Source: Candidatus Polarisedimenticolia bacterium (GTDB lineage: Bacteria > Chloroflexota > Limnocylindria > Limnocylindrales > CSP1-4). Taken from it: DNA of 64,000 nucleotides. Where the stretch lies: NCBI GenBank assembly GCA_035649355.1, contig DASRJS010000109.1:1021-65020 (forward strand), in the 5' to 3' direction. Below, piece after piece: positions 36,588-46,009 of the stretch; position 1 is the stretch's first letter, and each line of letters opens with the position of its first letter. The notes beneath the pieces were generated by a model that was given only the letters and a program-made list of their open reading frames with translations, was not told the DNA's origin and made no database searches. The translations under genes and the position numbers were made by a program.

Positions 36588-38530
36588 TGGCTCGCGCGTT
36601 CCGCCGCCCCTCGCTTGCCTGGCTCGGCCGCGGCCGTGGCCGCGGAGCCGGCACGGAGCCTGCCGCACTGGCGGCCGGGCTCATCCCCGCGGATCCGCGG
36701 CGAGTCCTCAGCGGCGTCCTCGATCCGGACCTCGATGCGATTCGTGGCCGCCTCCGGCCGCATCGTCGACGCCTGTGGCTTCGGCGAATCGTCCGCCGGG
36801 CATGGATGGTCGTGGCTCTCGTGGCGCTTTTCGAGCTGGGCCTCTGGACGGTCGCACGTGTGCGACCGGTCGAGATCGCGCCCGCGCTCGGGGCGGCACT
36901 GCCACTCGTTGGCCTGGTCGCGCTCGTCATCGCTTCGATGTCCGCCCGGCCGAGCCTCGGCGAGACCGCGCTCGCGGTTGACCGCGAAGGTGGCCTCGGT
37001 GACCGGACCGCGAGCGCGCTGGCCCTGGCGATGGCCGTGCCTGCCGCCGCCGGACCTGCAACCGACGACGAGCTGGCCCAGCTCGAGGACGATCACACTG
37101 CCCCTCTGGACCGTGAGGCCGAGGAGCGACGCTTCGTCCGGCGCCAGCGCCGTGACGCCCTTCGCTCGTTGGGCGTCGTCCGGCGTGACCTGTTCCGCCC
37201 GCGCCTTTCGCGGCAGCCGGCCGCTGCCGCGCTCGTCGCGATGCTCGTCCTCGCGCCCGTGATCCTGCTGCCGAACCCGCAGGACGTCGTCATCGCGCAG
37301 CAGCGCGAGGCGAAGGAAGAAGCGAAGAAGACGGCCGACAAGCTCGATGAGCTCGCCGACAAGCTCGCTGAGAAGGGCACGAACCCGAACGATCCCCGGA
37401 CGAAGCTGGCGCAGGAGCTCCGCGAGCTCGCCCGCCAGCTCCGCGAGAACCCCGGCGACCTGAACACGAACCTCGCCAAGCTCGGCGAGATCGAGGCCTC
37501 GATCCGGGCCCAGCTCGATCCCGCGAACGAGCAGCGCGCCGCCGCGCTCGCGAACCTGTCTCGCTCCCTGTCCCGGACGGCGAGCGGCAATCCGAACGCG
37601 AACACCGACGGTGATCCGAACAAGACGAAGGACGACCTGAAGGGCCTCGGCGACAAGCTGAAGTCGATGACCGACGAAGAGCTCAAGGACCTCGCGAAGT
37701 CGCTGAGCGAGATGCAGGGCACGGCCACGCAGGCCAACGGCGCGGTCGCACAGGCGCTTCGAGACGCGGCCCAGAGCCTGGGCCAGGGCGATACGGCGAG
37801 TGCCCAGGAGGCGCTCGACCGGCTCGGGGAGGCGCTGAACAGCGCCCAGAACGGGGTCCAGACGAATCGCGACCTCGCGACGGCCGCCAATCGGCTGCAG
37901 GACAGCCGGCGCGACCTGGCCAACGCCGGGCAGCAGGGTCAGGGCCAGCAGGGCCAGGGCCAGCAGGGCCAGGGTCAGCAAGGGCAAGGTCAGTGTCAGC
38001 CCGGCCAGAGCCCAGGCACCGGTCAGGGCCAGGGGCAGGGACAGGGACAGCCGGGCCAGAGCCCAGGTGCCGGTCAGGGTCAGGGTCAAGGTCAAGGCCA
38101 GGGCCAGGGTCAAGGCCAGGGTCAAGGCCAGGGTCAAGGCCAAGGCCAGGGCCAGGGCTCGATCGGTGGCGGCGGCTCGAACGCCAACTACCTCGGCTCG
38201 GGCATCGGTGGCAACTCGACACCGCGTGGACCGGTGAACCCGAATCGGCCGTCCCAGCTCGGCGAAGACCTCAACGGCATCTTCGCCCCGTTCGACCGCC
38301 TCGGCCGTCCAGGCGACCCGTCGTACGTCGCCGGCAGCGGCGGCGACGGCCAGACGAGCCAGGGCAACAACCAGGGCCCCGGCGTGGATCCCGGCTCGTA
38401 CGTCCCGTACAGCGAGGTCTACTCCGACTTCAAGAGCTACGCGCTCACGACCCTCGACCGATCCTACGTGCCGCTCTCGATCAAGGACTTCGTGCGCGAC
38501 TACTTCAGCTCGCTCGACCCGTCGAACTGA
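36587..38530 (+). CDS. membrane-anchored coiled-coil protein with a long Gly-Gln repeat tract, unknown function
   Basis: N-terminal TM helices are followed by a Lys/Glu/Leu-rich coiled coil (KEEAKKTADKLDELADKLAEKG...), then a (GQ)n tract, a Gly-rich region and a conserved C-terminal tail. The TGATG start overlaps the permease stop. Confidence 0.6.
   Translation: MARAFRRPSLAWLGRGRGRGAGTEPAALAAGLIPADPRRVLSGVLDPDLDAIRGRLRPHRRRLWLRRIVRRAWMVVALVALFELGLWTVARVRPVEIAPALGAALPLVGLVALVIASMSARPSLGETALAVDREGGLGDRTASALALAMAVPAAAGPATDDELAQLEDDHTAPLDREAEERRFVRRQRRDALRSLGVVRRDLFRPRLSRQPAAAALVAMLVLAPVILLPNPQDVVIAQQREAKEEAKKTADKLDELADKLAEKGTNPNDPRTKLAQELRELARQLRENPGDLNTNLAKLGEIEASIRAQLDPANEQRAAALANLSRSLSRTASGNPNANTDGDPNKTKDDLKGLGDKLKSMTDEELKDLAKSLSEMQGTATQANGAVAQALRDAAQSLGQGDTASAQEALDRLGEALNSAQNGVQTNRDLATAANRLQDSRRDLANAGQQGQGQQGQGQQGQGQQGQGQCQPGQSPGTGQGQGQGQGQPGQSPGAGQGQGQGQGQGQGQGQGQGQGQGQGQGQGSIGGGGSNANYLGSGIGGNSTPRGPVNPNRPSQLGEDLNGIFAPFDRLGRPGDPSYVAGSGGDGQTSQGNNQGPGVDPGSYVPYSEVYSDFKSYALTTLDRSYVPLSIKDFVRDYFSSLDPSN
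37928..38158 (+). repeat. hexanucleotide tandem repeat (GGY CAR)n encoding a (Gly-Gln)n tract
   Basis: About 38 tandem copies of GGCCAG, GGTCAG or GGTCAA in two blocks. They are interrupted by two copies of CCGGGCCAGAGCCCAGG (the QPGQSPG motif). Confidence 0.9.
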
Positions 38531-38544
38531 GCCCTGGAGGGGAC

Positions 38545-39552
38545 ATGAACGCCGCAACCGATACCGCAGCCCGGCTCGCCCCGGAGGCCTTCGCGGAACG
38601 CGCGATGGCGATCGAGCGCGAGGTCGGCAAGGTCATCGTCGGCCAGCGGGAGCTGGTCCGCCAGACCGTCACGTCGCTGCTCGCGAACAGCCACGCGCTC
38701 CTCGAGGGCGTGCCGGGACTTGGCAAGACGATGCTCATTCGCACGATCGCCGACGTCATCGACTGCTCGTTCAACCGGATCCAGTTCACGCCGGACCTCA
38801 TGCCGGCCGACATCACGGGCACGAACATCCTCGTCGAGGAGGGCGGCGCCCGTGTCTTCCGGTTCCAGTCCGGGCCGATCTTCGCGAACCTCGTTCTCGC
38901 CGACGAGATCAACCGCGCAACGCCGAAGACCCAGTCGAGCCTGCTCGAGGCGATGCAGGAGCACCAGGTCACGGTCGCGCGCCAGCGCTACCAGCTCGAC
39001 CCGCCGTTCTTCGTCCTCGCGACCCAGAACCCGCTCGAGATGGAGGGCACGTACCCGCTGCCGGAGGCGCAGCTCGATCGCTTCATGTTCAAGGTCATGG
39101 TCCCCTTCCCGTCCGAGGAAGACCTCGTGACGATCATGGATCGCACAACCGGGGCAGACTCACCGACGGCCTCCAAGATCTGCACTGGCGCCGAGATCGT
39201 CGAGATGCAGCGGCTCGCCCGGGCGGTGCCGATCGCGCCGCACGTCACGGCCTACGCGGTGAGCGTGCTGGCGGCCTCGCATCCGGATCAGCCACGGGCC
39301 CCCGAGCTCGTCAGGCAGTACGTCCGCTACGGCGGCTCGCCGCGCGGCGCCCAGGCGCTCGTCGCCGGCGGCAAGATCTATGCCCTCCTCGACGGCCGGT
39401 TCAACGTCTCGATCGACGACATCCGGGCCGTCGCGCTTCCGGCCCTCCGCCACCGCGTCATCCTCAACTTCGAGGGTGAGGCGGAGGGCATCACGTCCGA
39501 GGCCATCGTCCGCTCGATCCTCGACGCGGTCCCTGCGCCGGCGGTCGAGTAG
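38545..39552 (+). CDS. MoxR-family AAA+ ATPase
   Basis: Walker A LLEGVPGLGKT, Walker B VLADEINRA and sensor regions are present. GGAGGGG lies upstream of the ATG. Confidence 0.9.
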   Translation: MNAATDTAARLAPEAFAERAMAIEREVGKVIVGQRELVRQTVTSLLANSHALLEGVPGLGKTMLIRTIADVIDCSFNRIQFTPDLMPADITGTNILVEEGGARVFRFQSGPIFANLVLADEINRATPKTQSSLLEAMQEHQVTVARQRYQLDPPFFVLATQNPLEMEGTYPLPEAQLDRFMFKVMVPFPSEEDLVTIMDRTTGADSPTASKICTGAEIVEMQRLARAVPIAPHVTAYAVSVLAASHPDQPRAPELVRQYVRYGGSPRGAQALVAGGKIYALLDGRFNVSIDDIRAVALPALRHRVILNFEGEAEGITSEAIVRSILDAVPAPAVE

Positions 39553-39572
39553 CCGCCGCGCGAGGCGCGACG

Positions 39573-40541
39573 ATGACCGAGGCGACGAGCCCGTCGACCG
39601 CGGCGGTCCCGGCGAGCCCTGAGTCGAAGGGCGGGCGGCAGGCCTTCCTGCCGTCGGAGATCGACCCGACCGTCTTCGACGAGACGTTCCTGCGCCAGCT
39701 CGAACGCCTCCAGCTGCTCATGCGCCAGCCCGCGCGCGGTGGCCTCAAGGGTGGCCGCCGGTCGGTGAAGCGCGGGCAGAGCGTCGAGTTCGCGGACTAT
39801 CGCGACTACACGCTCGGTGACGACCTTCGGCAGCTCGACTGGAACATCCTCGCCCGGCTCGAGAAGCTCTTCGTGAAGCTCTACGTCGAAGAGGAGGACG
39901 TGACGATCACGTTCCTCCTCGATGCGTCGGCGTCGATGGCCGCCGGGCGGCCCGACAAGCTGACGTACGCGAAGCGCGCCGCGGCAGCGCTTGGCTACAT
40001 CGGTCTCGCCTCCGAGGACCGCGTCTCGATCGTCGCGCTGACCGGCCGCACGGGCCGGCGCCAGGCTGCGATCCGCGGCAGCGGCCGCGTCTTCCGGCTC
40101 CTCGGCGCCCTCTCGGGGATCCCGATCTCAGACGGCCAGACGGATCTCGTCGCGGCGGCCCGCCACGCCGCGGCGCAGCTGACCGGGCGCGGCGTCGTCG
40201 TCCTCCTCTCGGACCTCCTCGACCCGAACGCTGACCGGGTCGTCCGCGAGCTCGCCGCGACCGGCTCGGATGTCGTCATCCTGCATCTGCTGTCGCCGGA
40301 GGAGCTCGATCCGCAGCTCGAAGGCGACCTCCGGCTCGTCGACGTCGAGACCGGCGACGGGATGGACGTGACGATCGACCTCGCGACGATCGACGACTAC
40401 AAGGGCCGACTCGCGGCCTGGCGCGAGGCGTTCGCGGACACCGCGGCCAAGCGCCGCGCCTCGTACGTGCCCCTGTCCACGGACGTGCCGCTCGCGGATC
40501 TTGTGTTCGCCGAACTGCGGCGTCGCCGGGTCCTCGGCTAG
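39573..40541 (+). CDS. DUF58 domain protein (vWA-like partner of MoxR)
   Basis: The DUF58 core is present: RRSVKRGQSVEFADYRDYTLGDDLRQLDWN...ITFLLDASASM. Confidence 0.85.
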   Translation: MTEATSPSTAAVPASPESKGGRQAFLPSEIDPTVFDETFLRQLERLQLLMRQPARGGLKGGRRSVKRGQSVEFADYRDYTLGDDLRQLDWNILARLEKLFVKLYVEEEDVTITFLLDASASMAAGRPDKLTYAKRAAAALGYIGLASEDRVSIVALTGRTGRRQAAIRGSGRVFRLLGALSGIPISDGQTDLVAAARHAAAQLTGRGVVVLLSDLLDPNADRVVRELAATGSDVVILHLLSPEELDPQLEGDLRLVDVETGDGMDVTIDLATIDDYKGRLAAWREAFADTAAKRRASYVPLSTDVPLADLVFAELRRRRVLG

Positions 40542-40550
40542 GCCGGGCGG

Positions 40551-42722
40551 ATGCCGTTCCTCGCGCCGCTGGCGCTCCTCGGGCTGCTGTTCCTGCCGGT
40601 CGTTGTCGCGATGTACCTGCTCCGGCTGCGGCGCGACGAGCAGATCGTGCCGTCGACGCTGCTGTGGCAGCGGCTCATGGCCGACATCGAGGCGAACGCG
40701 CCGTGGCAGCGCCTCCGTCGGAGCCTGTTGCTGCTGCTCCAGCTTCTCCTCGTCGCGCTGCTCGCGATCCTCGCGGCACGGCCGTTCCTCGAGCGTCCGG
40801 CCGGCCTCGCGGGCGACGTCGTGATCGTGATCGACACCTCGGCCTCAATGGCTGCCACAGATGTCACGCCGAACCGCCTGGAAGCCGCGAAGGACCTCGC
40901 GATCGAGGCGCTGAAGGACCTCCCGGCGGGCGGCAAGGTCAGCGTGATCGCCGCCGGCAAGACGGCCCGCGTCGTCGCGAACGGCACAACCGATCTGGGA
41001 CGAGTACGCGCTGCGATCGACTCGATCGCGATCTCGCCATCGACCGGCGATCTCGCCGACGCGCTGCGGCTCGCGAACGCCCTGGCGGCGCGCTCGGGCG
41101 ACGCCGAGATCCTCGTCGCCACGGACGCCGCGCTCGCCTCGAAGCCCGAGGTCCGCCTCGACCACCCGGTCTCGGTCCTGCAGGTCGGCCGCGGTCGGAG
41201 CAACCAGGCGATCGTCGCACTCGCGGTTCGAACGGCCCCGTCCGGCGTGAGCCGATCGGTGTTCGTGAGCATCGCGAACCTCGATCTCGAGCGGTCCGAG
41301 CGCCGGCTCGAGGTCTGGGGCGACGGCGTGCTGCTTGAGGCGCGCGACGTCTACAACGATCCGCAGACGCGCACCGAGGTCATCATCGACGACGTCCCGC
41401 ACGACGTCGCCGTGGTCGAGGTCCGGCTCAGCCGGGAGACGGAAGAAGGCTCGGTCAGTGACCTGCTCGAGCTCGACGACCGAGCGTGGGCGATCGTCCC
41501 GCCGGATCACCTGCGCCGGATCCTGCTCGTCGGCGAGGGCGACCCCTACCTCGAAACAGCGCTGTCCTACCTCCCGAACACCGAGCTCTACGGCGTGACG
41601 CTCGAGAAGTTCGGGGCCGACACTCACCCGGAGCTCTTCGACCTCATCGTCTTCGAAGGCGCGCTCCCGGCGACGCTGCCGGACCGACCGATCCTCGCGA
41701 TCGGCCCGGAGCGCTCGAGCCCGCTCGGCGACGTGACGGGCGTGCTGCGGGACCCGCTGATCGGCGCGCTTGACGCCGATGAGCCGATCCTGCGCTACGT
41801 CGATCTCTCCACGACGCACGTCGGTACGGCCCGGAAGATGACGCTCCCCGCGTGGGCCCGGACGATCATCCCCGGCCCGGCTGGCGCCCCGCTCCTCTAC
41901 ACGGGGACGCGCGACGGCTTCGCGAGCGCCGTGCTCGCCTTCCAGCCGCGGCAGTCCGACCTGCCGCTCCAGGTCGCGTTTCCGATCCTCATGTCGAACC
42001 TCGTCGGCGAGCTGCTCGGGGGCTCAGCCGCGCCCACCGAGGCGGTGGAGCCGGGCTCGCCGGTGACACTGCCCGTGCCGGCGGGCGCGACCGGACTTAC
42101 CGTCACACGGCCGGACGGGAGCACGATCGAGCTGGCGCCGGGCACCGAAGGCGGCACGTCGGTGTCGTTCAGCCAGACCGATCAGCTCGGGGTCTACTCC
42201 GCATCGCCGGTCTACCCGCAGGCCACACCTGGACCGTCGGCGACGGCCGCGCCGAGTGCGACGGCCACGCCGTCCGCGAGCGTCAGCCCGTCTTCGTCGC
42301 CGGGCGGATCCCCCACCCCGGTGCCGACCGGCGGCCCGATCGATCCGAACGCACCGCAGCGCTTCGCGGTCGACCTCTTCGACCCCGATGAGTCCACGAT
42401 CGCACCGGGCTCCGCGGCGGCGATCGAGGCCCTGGGTCTCGCGGCCGGCGCGAGCGGCGGCCCTTCCGCGTCCCCGACCGCGAGCGGCTCGCCAGAACCC
42501 TCCGGATCGCCGGCGGCTTCCGCCCAGCCGTCCCCGGTCACCGGCGGCGGGACGACGGCCGAGCCGCGGCCGCCGGCACGCGACGAGCTCTGGGTCCCGA
42601 TCGTCCTCCTCGTCCTCCTCATCCTCGTCGCCGAGTGGCTCGTCTACCAGCGCGACGCGGTCCTGCGCCTCTGGCGCGGCGCCACGACCCGACTCGGACG
42701 CGGCGGGAGCCGGAGCGCCTAG
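40551..42722 (+). CDS. BatA-like protein: N-terminal double-transmembrane domain + vWA domain + Pro/Ala/Ser/Thr-rich region + C-terminal TM helix
   Basis: The N-terminus MPFLAPLALLGLLFLPVVVAMYLLRLRRDEQIVPSTLLWQRL matches the TIGR02226-type double-TM domain. The vWA MIDAS-like motif VVIVIDTSASMAATD is present. The C-terminal tail is ...SPTPVPTGGP...WVPIVLLVLLILVAEWLVY. Confidence 0.8.
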   Translation: MPFLAPLALLGLLFLPVVVAMYLLRLRRDEQIVPSTLLWQRLMADIEANAPWQRLRRSLLLLLQLLLVALLAILAARPFLERPAGLAGDVVIVIDTSASMAATDVTPNRLEAAKDLAIEALKDLPAGGKVSVIAAGKTARVVANGTTDLGRVRAAIDSIAISPSTGDLADALRLANALAARSGDAEILVATDAALASKPEVRLDHPVSVLQVGRGRSNQAIVALAVRTAPSGVSRSVFVSIANLDLERSERRLEVWGDGVLLEARDVYNDPQTRTEVIIDDVPHDVAVVEVRLSRETEEGSVSDLLELDDRAWAIVPPDHLRRILLVGEGDPYLETALSYLPNTELYGVTLEKFGADTHPELFDLIVFEGALPATLPDRPILAIGPERSSPLGDVTGVLRDPLIGALDADEPILRYVDLSTTHVGTARKMTLPAWARTIIPGPAGAPLLYTGTRDGFASAVLAFQPRQSDLPLQVAFPILMSNLVGELLGGSAAPTEAVEPGSPVTLPVPAGATGLTVTRPDGSTIELAPGTEGGTSVSFSQTDQLGVYSASPVYPQATPGPSATAAPSATATPSASVSPSSSPGGSPTPVPTGGPIDPNAPQRFAVDLFDPDESTIAPGSAAAIEALGLAAGASGGPSASPTASGSPEPSGSPAASAQPSPVTGGGTTAEPRPPARDELWVPIVLLVLLILVAEWLVYQRDAVLRLWRGATTRLGRGGSRSA

Positions 42723-45701
42723 ATGGGCGTCCGCTTCGACACCCCGGTCTGGCTCGTCCTCCTCGTCCCGCTGCTCGGGCTGACGTTCCTCCTCCACCTC
42801 GCCGCCCGGCGCCGCCTCGGAACGACGCGCCGTCGCATCGCCCTGGCGCTGCGAACCCTCGTCCTCGTCGCGCTCGTCTTCGCCCTCGCCGGCTTCCAGC
42901 TCGTCCTCCCCGTCGACCGGCTCGCGACGATCTTCGTCGTCGACCTCTCGGACTCGGTCGGGAACAGCGGTCGCGAGACGGCCCTCGCGTTCATCAGGGA
43001 CAGCCTCGAGGAGATGCCCGAGGACGACGTGGCCGGGATCGTCGCCTTTGGCCGCGACGCCCTCGTCGAGCGCCTCCCCGAGGACCTGCGAACCGTCGAC
43101 CGGATCCACTCCACGCCCGTCAAGGCCGCGACCGACATCGGCGCGGCGCTTCGGCTGGCCTCAGCGCTGTTTCCCGACGACGCCCAGAAGCGGATCGTCC
43201 TCATCTCGGACGGCAACGACACGACCGGCCACGGCCAGGAGGAGGCAGCGCTTGCCGCCGCGCGCGGGGTCCAGGTGGAGACCGTCCGGATCGGGCTCGA
43301 CGACCAGGACGAGGTCCTCATCGAGCGGCTTTCGACACCATCGACCGCTCGCCTCGGCGAGGACATCGAAGCCGTCGCCGACGTTCGTTCGAGCGTCGCC
43401 CAGACCGCGACGATCCGCCTTTACGTCGACGGCACCCTCGTCAAGACCGAGCGCGTCGACCTGAAGGAAGGTCAGAACCGGATCAAGTTCCTGGTCAAGC
43501 CCAGCGAGCCGGGCTTCCACACGTTCCGGGCCGTCGTCGAGGCCGCGCGCGACACGTTCAGCCAGAACGACCGCGCGGATTCGAACACGATCGTCAAGGG
43601 CGAGCCGCGCATCCTGGTCCTCAAGGGCGACGAGAAGGTCGCGGCGGAGCTCGTGACCGCGCTCGAGGCCGAAGGCCAGACCGTCGATTCGATCATCCCC
43701 GAGGCGCTCCCGACCGACTTCGCGGGCCTCGCGACGTACGACAGCATCGTCGTCGTCGACGTCCCGCGGCTGCGACTGTCGGACCGCCAGCTGGCTGCGC
43801 TCCAGGTCTACGTCCGCGACCTGGGCCGCGGCCTCGTCATGGTCGGCGGCCCGAAGAGCTACGGCGCCGGCGGCTACACGGACACGCCGATCGAGGAGAC
43901 GCTGCCGGTCGACATGGGCGTCCGCGATCGCCAGAAGCAGCCCGACATCGCGCTCGTCGTCGTCATCGACAAGTCCGGCTCGATGGACGCCTGCCACTGC
44001 AACACGTTCCAGCAGGGCGGCGGCACGGGCATCGGCGGCGTGCGCAAGGTCGACATCGGCAAGGAGGCGATCCTCCGCGCGGCGGCGGCGCTCACGGCGC
44101 GCGACGAGCTCGGCGTGGTCGCCTTCGACAGCTCCGCGCACTGGGTCGTCAACACTCGACCGCTCGGCCAGATCAGCGACCTGGCAGGCGACGTCGCGAA
44201 GATCCAGCCGAACGGCCAGACGAACATCTTCTCGGGCCTCGACAAGGCCGTGGAATCGCTCGAGAAGACGACCGCCACGCGGCGCCACATCATCCTGCTG
44301 ACCGACGGCTGGTCGTCATCCGGCCAGTACGACGCGATCATCAAGCGGATGCAGGCGGCCGGCATCACCCTCTCGACCGTTGGCGCCGGCGGCGGTTCGA
44401 ACCCGTTCCTCGAGGGCCTCGCGAAGCAGGGCGGCGGCCGCTTCTACAACGCCGCGAACCCATCCTCGATCCCGGACATCTTCCTCAAGGAGACCCAGCA
44501 GGTCTCCGGCCAGCAGATCGTCGAGGAGGACTTCTTCCCGATCCAGACGTCGAGCTCACCGATCCTGCGCGGCATCGACGAGGGCTTCCCGAGCCTCCAC
44601 GGCTACAACGGCACGACGATCAAGTCCGCGGCACAGCAGGTCCTCGTCACGGCCCGCGACGACCCGCTCCTCGCGCAATGGCAGTACGGCCTGGGCCGGT
44701 CGGTGGCGTGGACGTCCGACTCAACGGGTCGCTGGGCCACGAACTGGGTCGCCTGGCCGGGCTTCAGCAAGTTCTTCAGCCAGCTCGTTGGCTGGACGTT
44801 CCCGGGCGAGGAGACCGGCGGCATCGAGGCGACATTCGAGCAGGACGGCAATGAGACCCGGCTCCACGTCGAGAGCGTCGAGGAGGACGGCTCGCCGCGG
44901 AACTTCTACTCGACGACGGCGATGGTGGTTGGACCGGACCTCGTCTCGCACCCGGTGACGCTCGACCAGGTCGCGCCGGGCGTGTACGAGACCGAGCTCG
45001 GCGAGATCGATTCAGGGGCCTACGCGGTGCGGGTGACGCAGACGCGGCCCGGCGATCCGGCCCTGGGGCGAACGATCGGCCTCGTGGCCCCGGTGGCCAC
45101 TGAATACCGGCTGCTCGGCGCGAACGAGGCGTTCCTGGCGACGCTTCGGTCTGCGACCGGTGGCCGGGCGATCGCGACGGCCGCCGAACCGTGGACCCAC
45201 GACCTCGAGACGACGTCGTCGTTCACCGAGCTCTGGCCGTGGCTGCTGATCCTCGCGCTGCTCCTGTGGCCGTTGGACATCGCGCTGCGACGCGTGTCGC
45301 TGGGACGGCGCGAACTTGTCGACGCGCGACGCTGGGTCGGCCGGACGTGGCGTGGCTGGCGCGGCCCGGCCGTTCGAACGGCTGGGGATGCGGCGATCCT
45401 GGCCACCCGCGAGCGTGCCGGAGGCGCCGCGGCGCGCGCGGCCCTCCTCGGACGCGAATCCACGGCTGCACCATCGGCGCCCGTCAGCGCCCCGACAGCC
45501 GAGCGCTCGGGCGCTGCGACTCCGGAATCATCACCCAGCGTCCCGCCTGCCCCGGCGACTCCGGCCGCGACGCCCGGTCCGGCCGCGACACCGCTGACGC
45601 CGGCACCGACGACGCCCACGCCTCCGCCAACCGCCGACGAGGACGCCTCCGACACCATCTCGCGCCTCCGCGACGCCAAGCGCCGCGCTCGCGGCGGGTA
45701 G
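42723..45701 (+). CDS. very large BatA-like protein: double-TM N-terminus, two vWA domains, a GATase1-like domain, a C-terminal TM helix and a Pro/Thr/Ala-rich tail
   Basis: The first vWA is IFVVDLSDSVGNSGRE. A GATase1-like block LVMVGGPKSYGAGGYTDTPIEETLPV follows. The second vWA is IALVVVIDKSGSMDA. The C-terminus is LWPWLLILALLLWPL followed by a PAPATPAATPGPAATPLTPAPTTPTPPPT tail. Confidence 0.75.
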   Translation: MGVRFDTPVWLVLLVPLLGLTFLLHLAARRRLGTTRRRIALALRTLVLVALVFALAGFQLVLPVDRLATIFVVDLSDSVGNSGRETALAFIRDSLEEMPEDDVAGIVAFGRDALVERLPEDLRTVDRIHSTPVKAATDIGAALRLASALFPDDAQKRIVLISDGNDTTGHGQEEAALAAARGVQVETVRIGLDDQDEVLIERLSTPSTARLGEDIEAVADVRSSVAQTATIRLYVDGTLVKTERVDLKEGQNRIKFLVKPSEPGFHTFRAVVEAARDTFSQNDRADSNTIVKGEPRILVLKGDEKVAAELVTALEAEGQTVDSIIPEALPTDFAGLATYDSIVVVDVPRLRLSDRQLAALQVYVRDLGRGLVMVGGPKSYGAGGYTDTPIEETLPVDMGVRDRQKQPDIALVVVIDKSGSMDACHCNTFQQGGGTGIGGVRKVDIGKEAILRAAAALTARDELGVVAFDSSAHWVVNTRPLGQISDLAGDVAKIQPNGQTNIFSGLDKAVESLEKTTATRRHIILLTDGWSSSGQYDAIIKRMQAAGITLSTVGAGGGSNPFLEGLAKQGGGRFYNAANPSSIPDIFLKETQQVSGQQIVEEDFFPIQTSSSPILRGIDEGFPSLHGYNGTTIKSAAQQVLVTARDDPLLAQWQYGLGRSVAWTSDSTGRWATNWVAWPGFSKFFSQLVGWTFPGEETGGIEATFEQDGNETRLHVESVEEDGSPRNFYSTTAMVVGPDLVSHPVTLDQVAPGVYETELGEIDSGAYAVRVTQTRPGDPALGRTIGLVAPVATEYRLLGANEAFLATLRSATGGRAIATAAEPWTHDLETTSSFTELWPWLLILALLLWPLDIALRRVSLGRRELVDARRWVGRTWRGWRGPAVRTAGDAAILATRERAGGAAARAALLGRESTAAPSAPVSAPTAERSGAATPESSPSVPPAPATPAATPGPAATPLTPAPTTPTPPPTADEDASDTISRLRDAKRRARGG

Positions 45702-45982
45702 GCCCGGGCGGTTGGCCTCTGGCGGCTGGGGTCGCCTGGCCCCGACACTTGGGCGGGGTGACCGCCTTAGCCGCCGTCGTGATCGTCGTATGTGCATTCC
45801 GAGGCCTAAGCGCTCGACAACGATGTCCCGCACGACGCTCGCACGCGTCGGCCGTGCACGAATCGATCTTCGACCGCGTGGATTCAGGCGTTCGAAGGGC
45901 CCTTGTCGACCTCCTTGCCCAAGAGATGTGCATACGGCGTGCATGCAGAGCCACAAGCCCACGCGCTCGATCCGCTGAGCGG

Positions 45983-46008
45983 GTTGCACGACCGAAATCG
46001 CGTGCAAC
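45983..46008. promoter_or_regulatory. perfect 8 bp inverted repeat (GTTGCACG-N10-CGTGCAAC) abutting the start codon of a small ORF
   Basis: Seen directly in the sequence. It lies in a 308 bp intergenic region with lower GC than its surroundings. It could be an operator or a 5' RNA hairpin. Confidence 0.3.
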
Positions 46009-46009
46009 A

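Noticed and set aside
37928-38158. Possible CRISPR array or mobile-element repeat
   Set aside because: The unit is 6 nt with no spacers. It lies in-frame inside a protein-coding gene. It is a coding simple-sequence repeat, not a CRISPR array.
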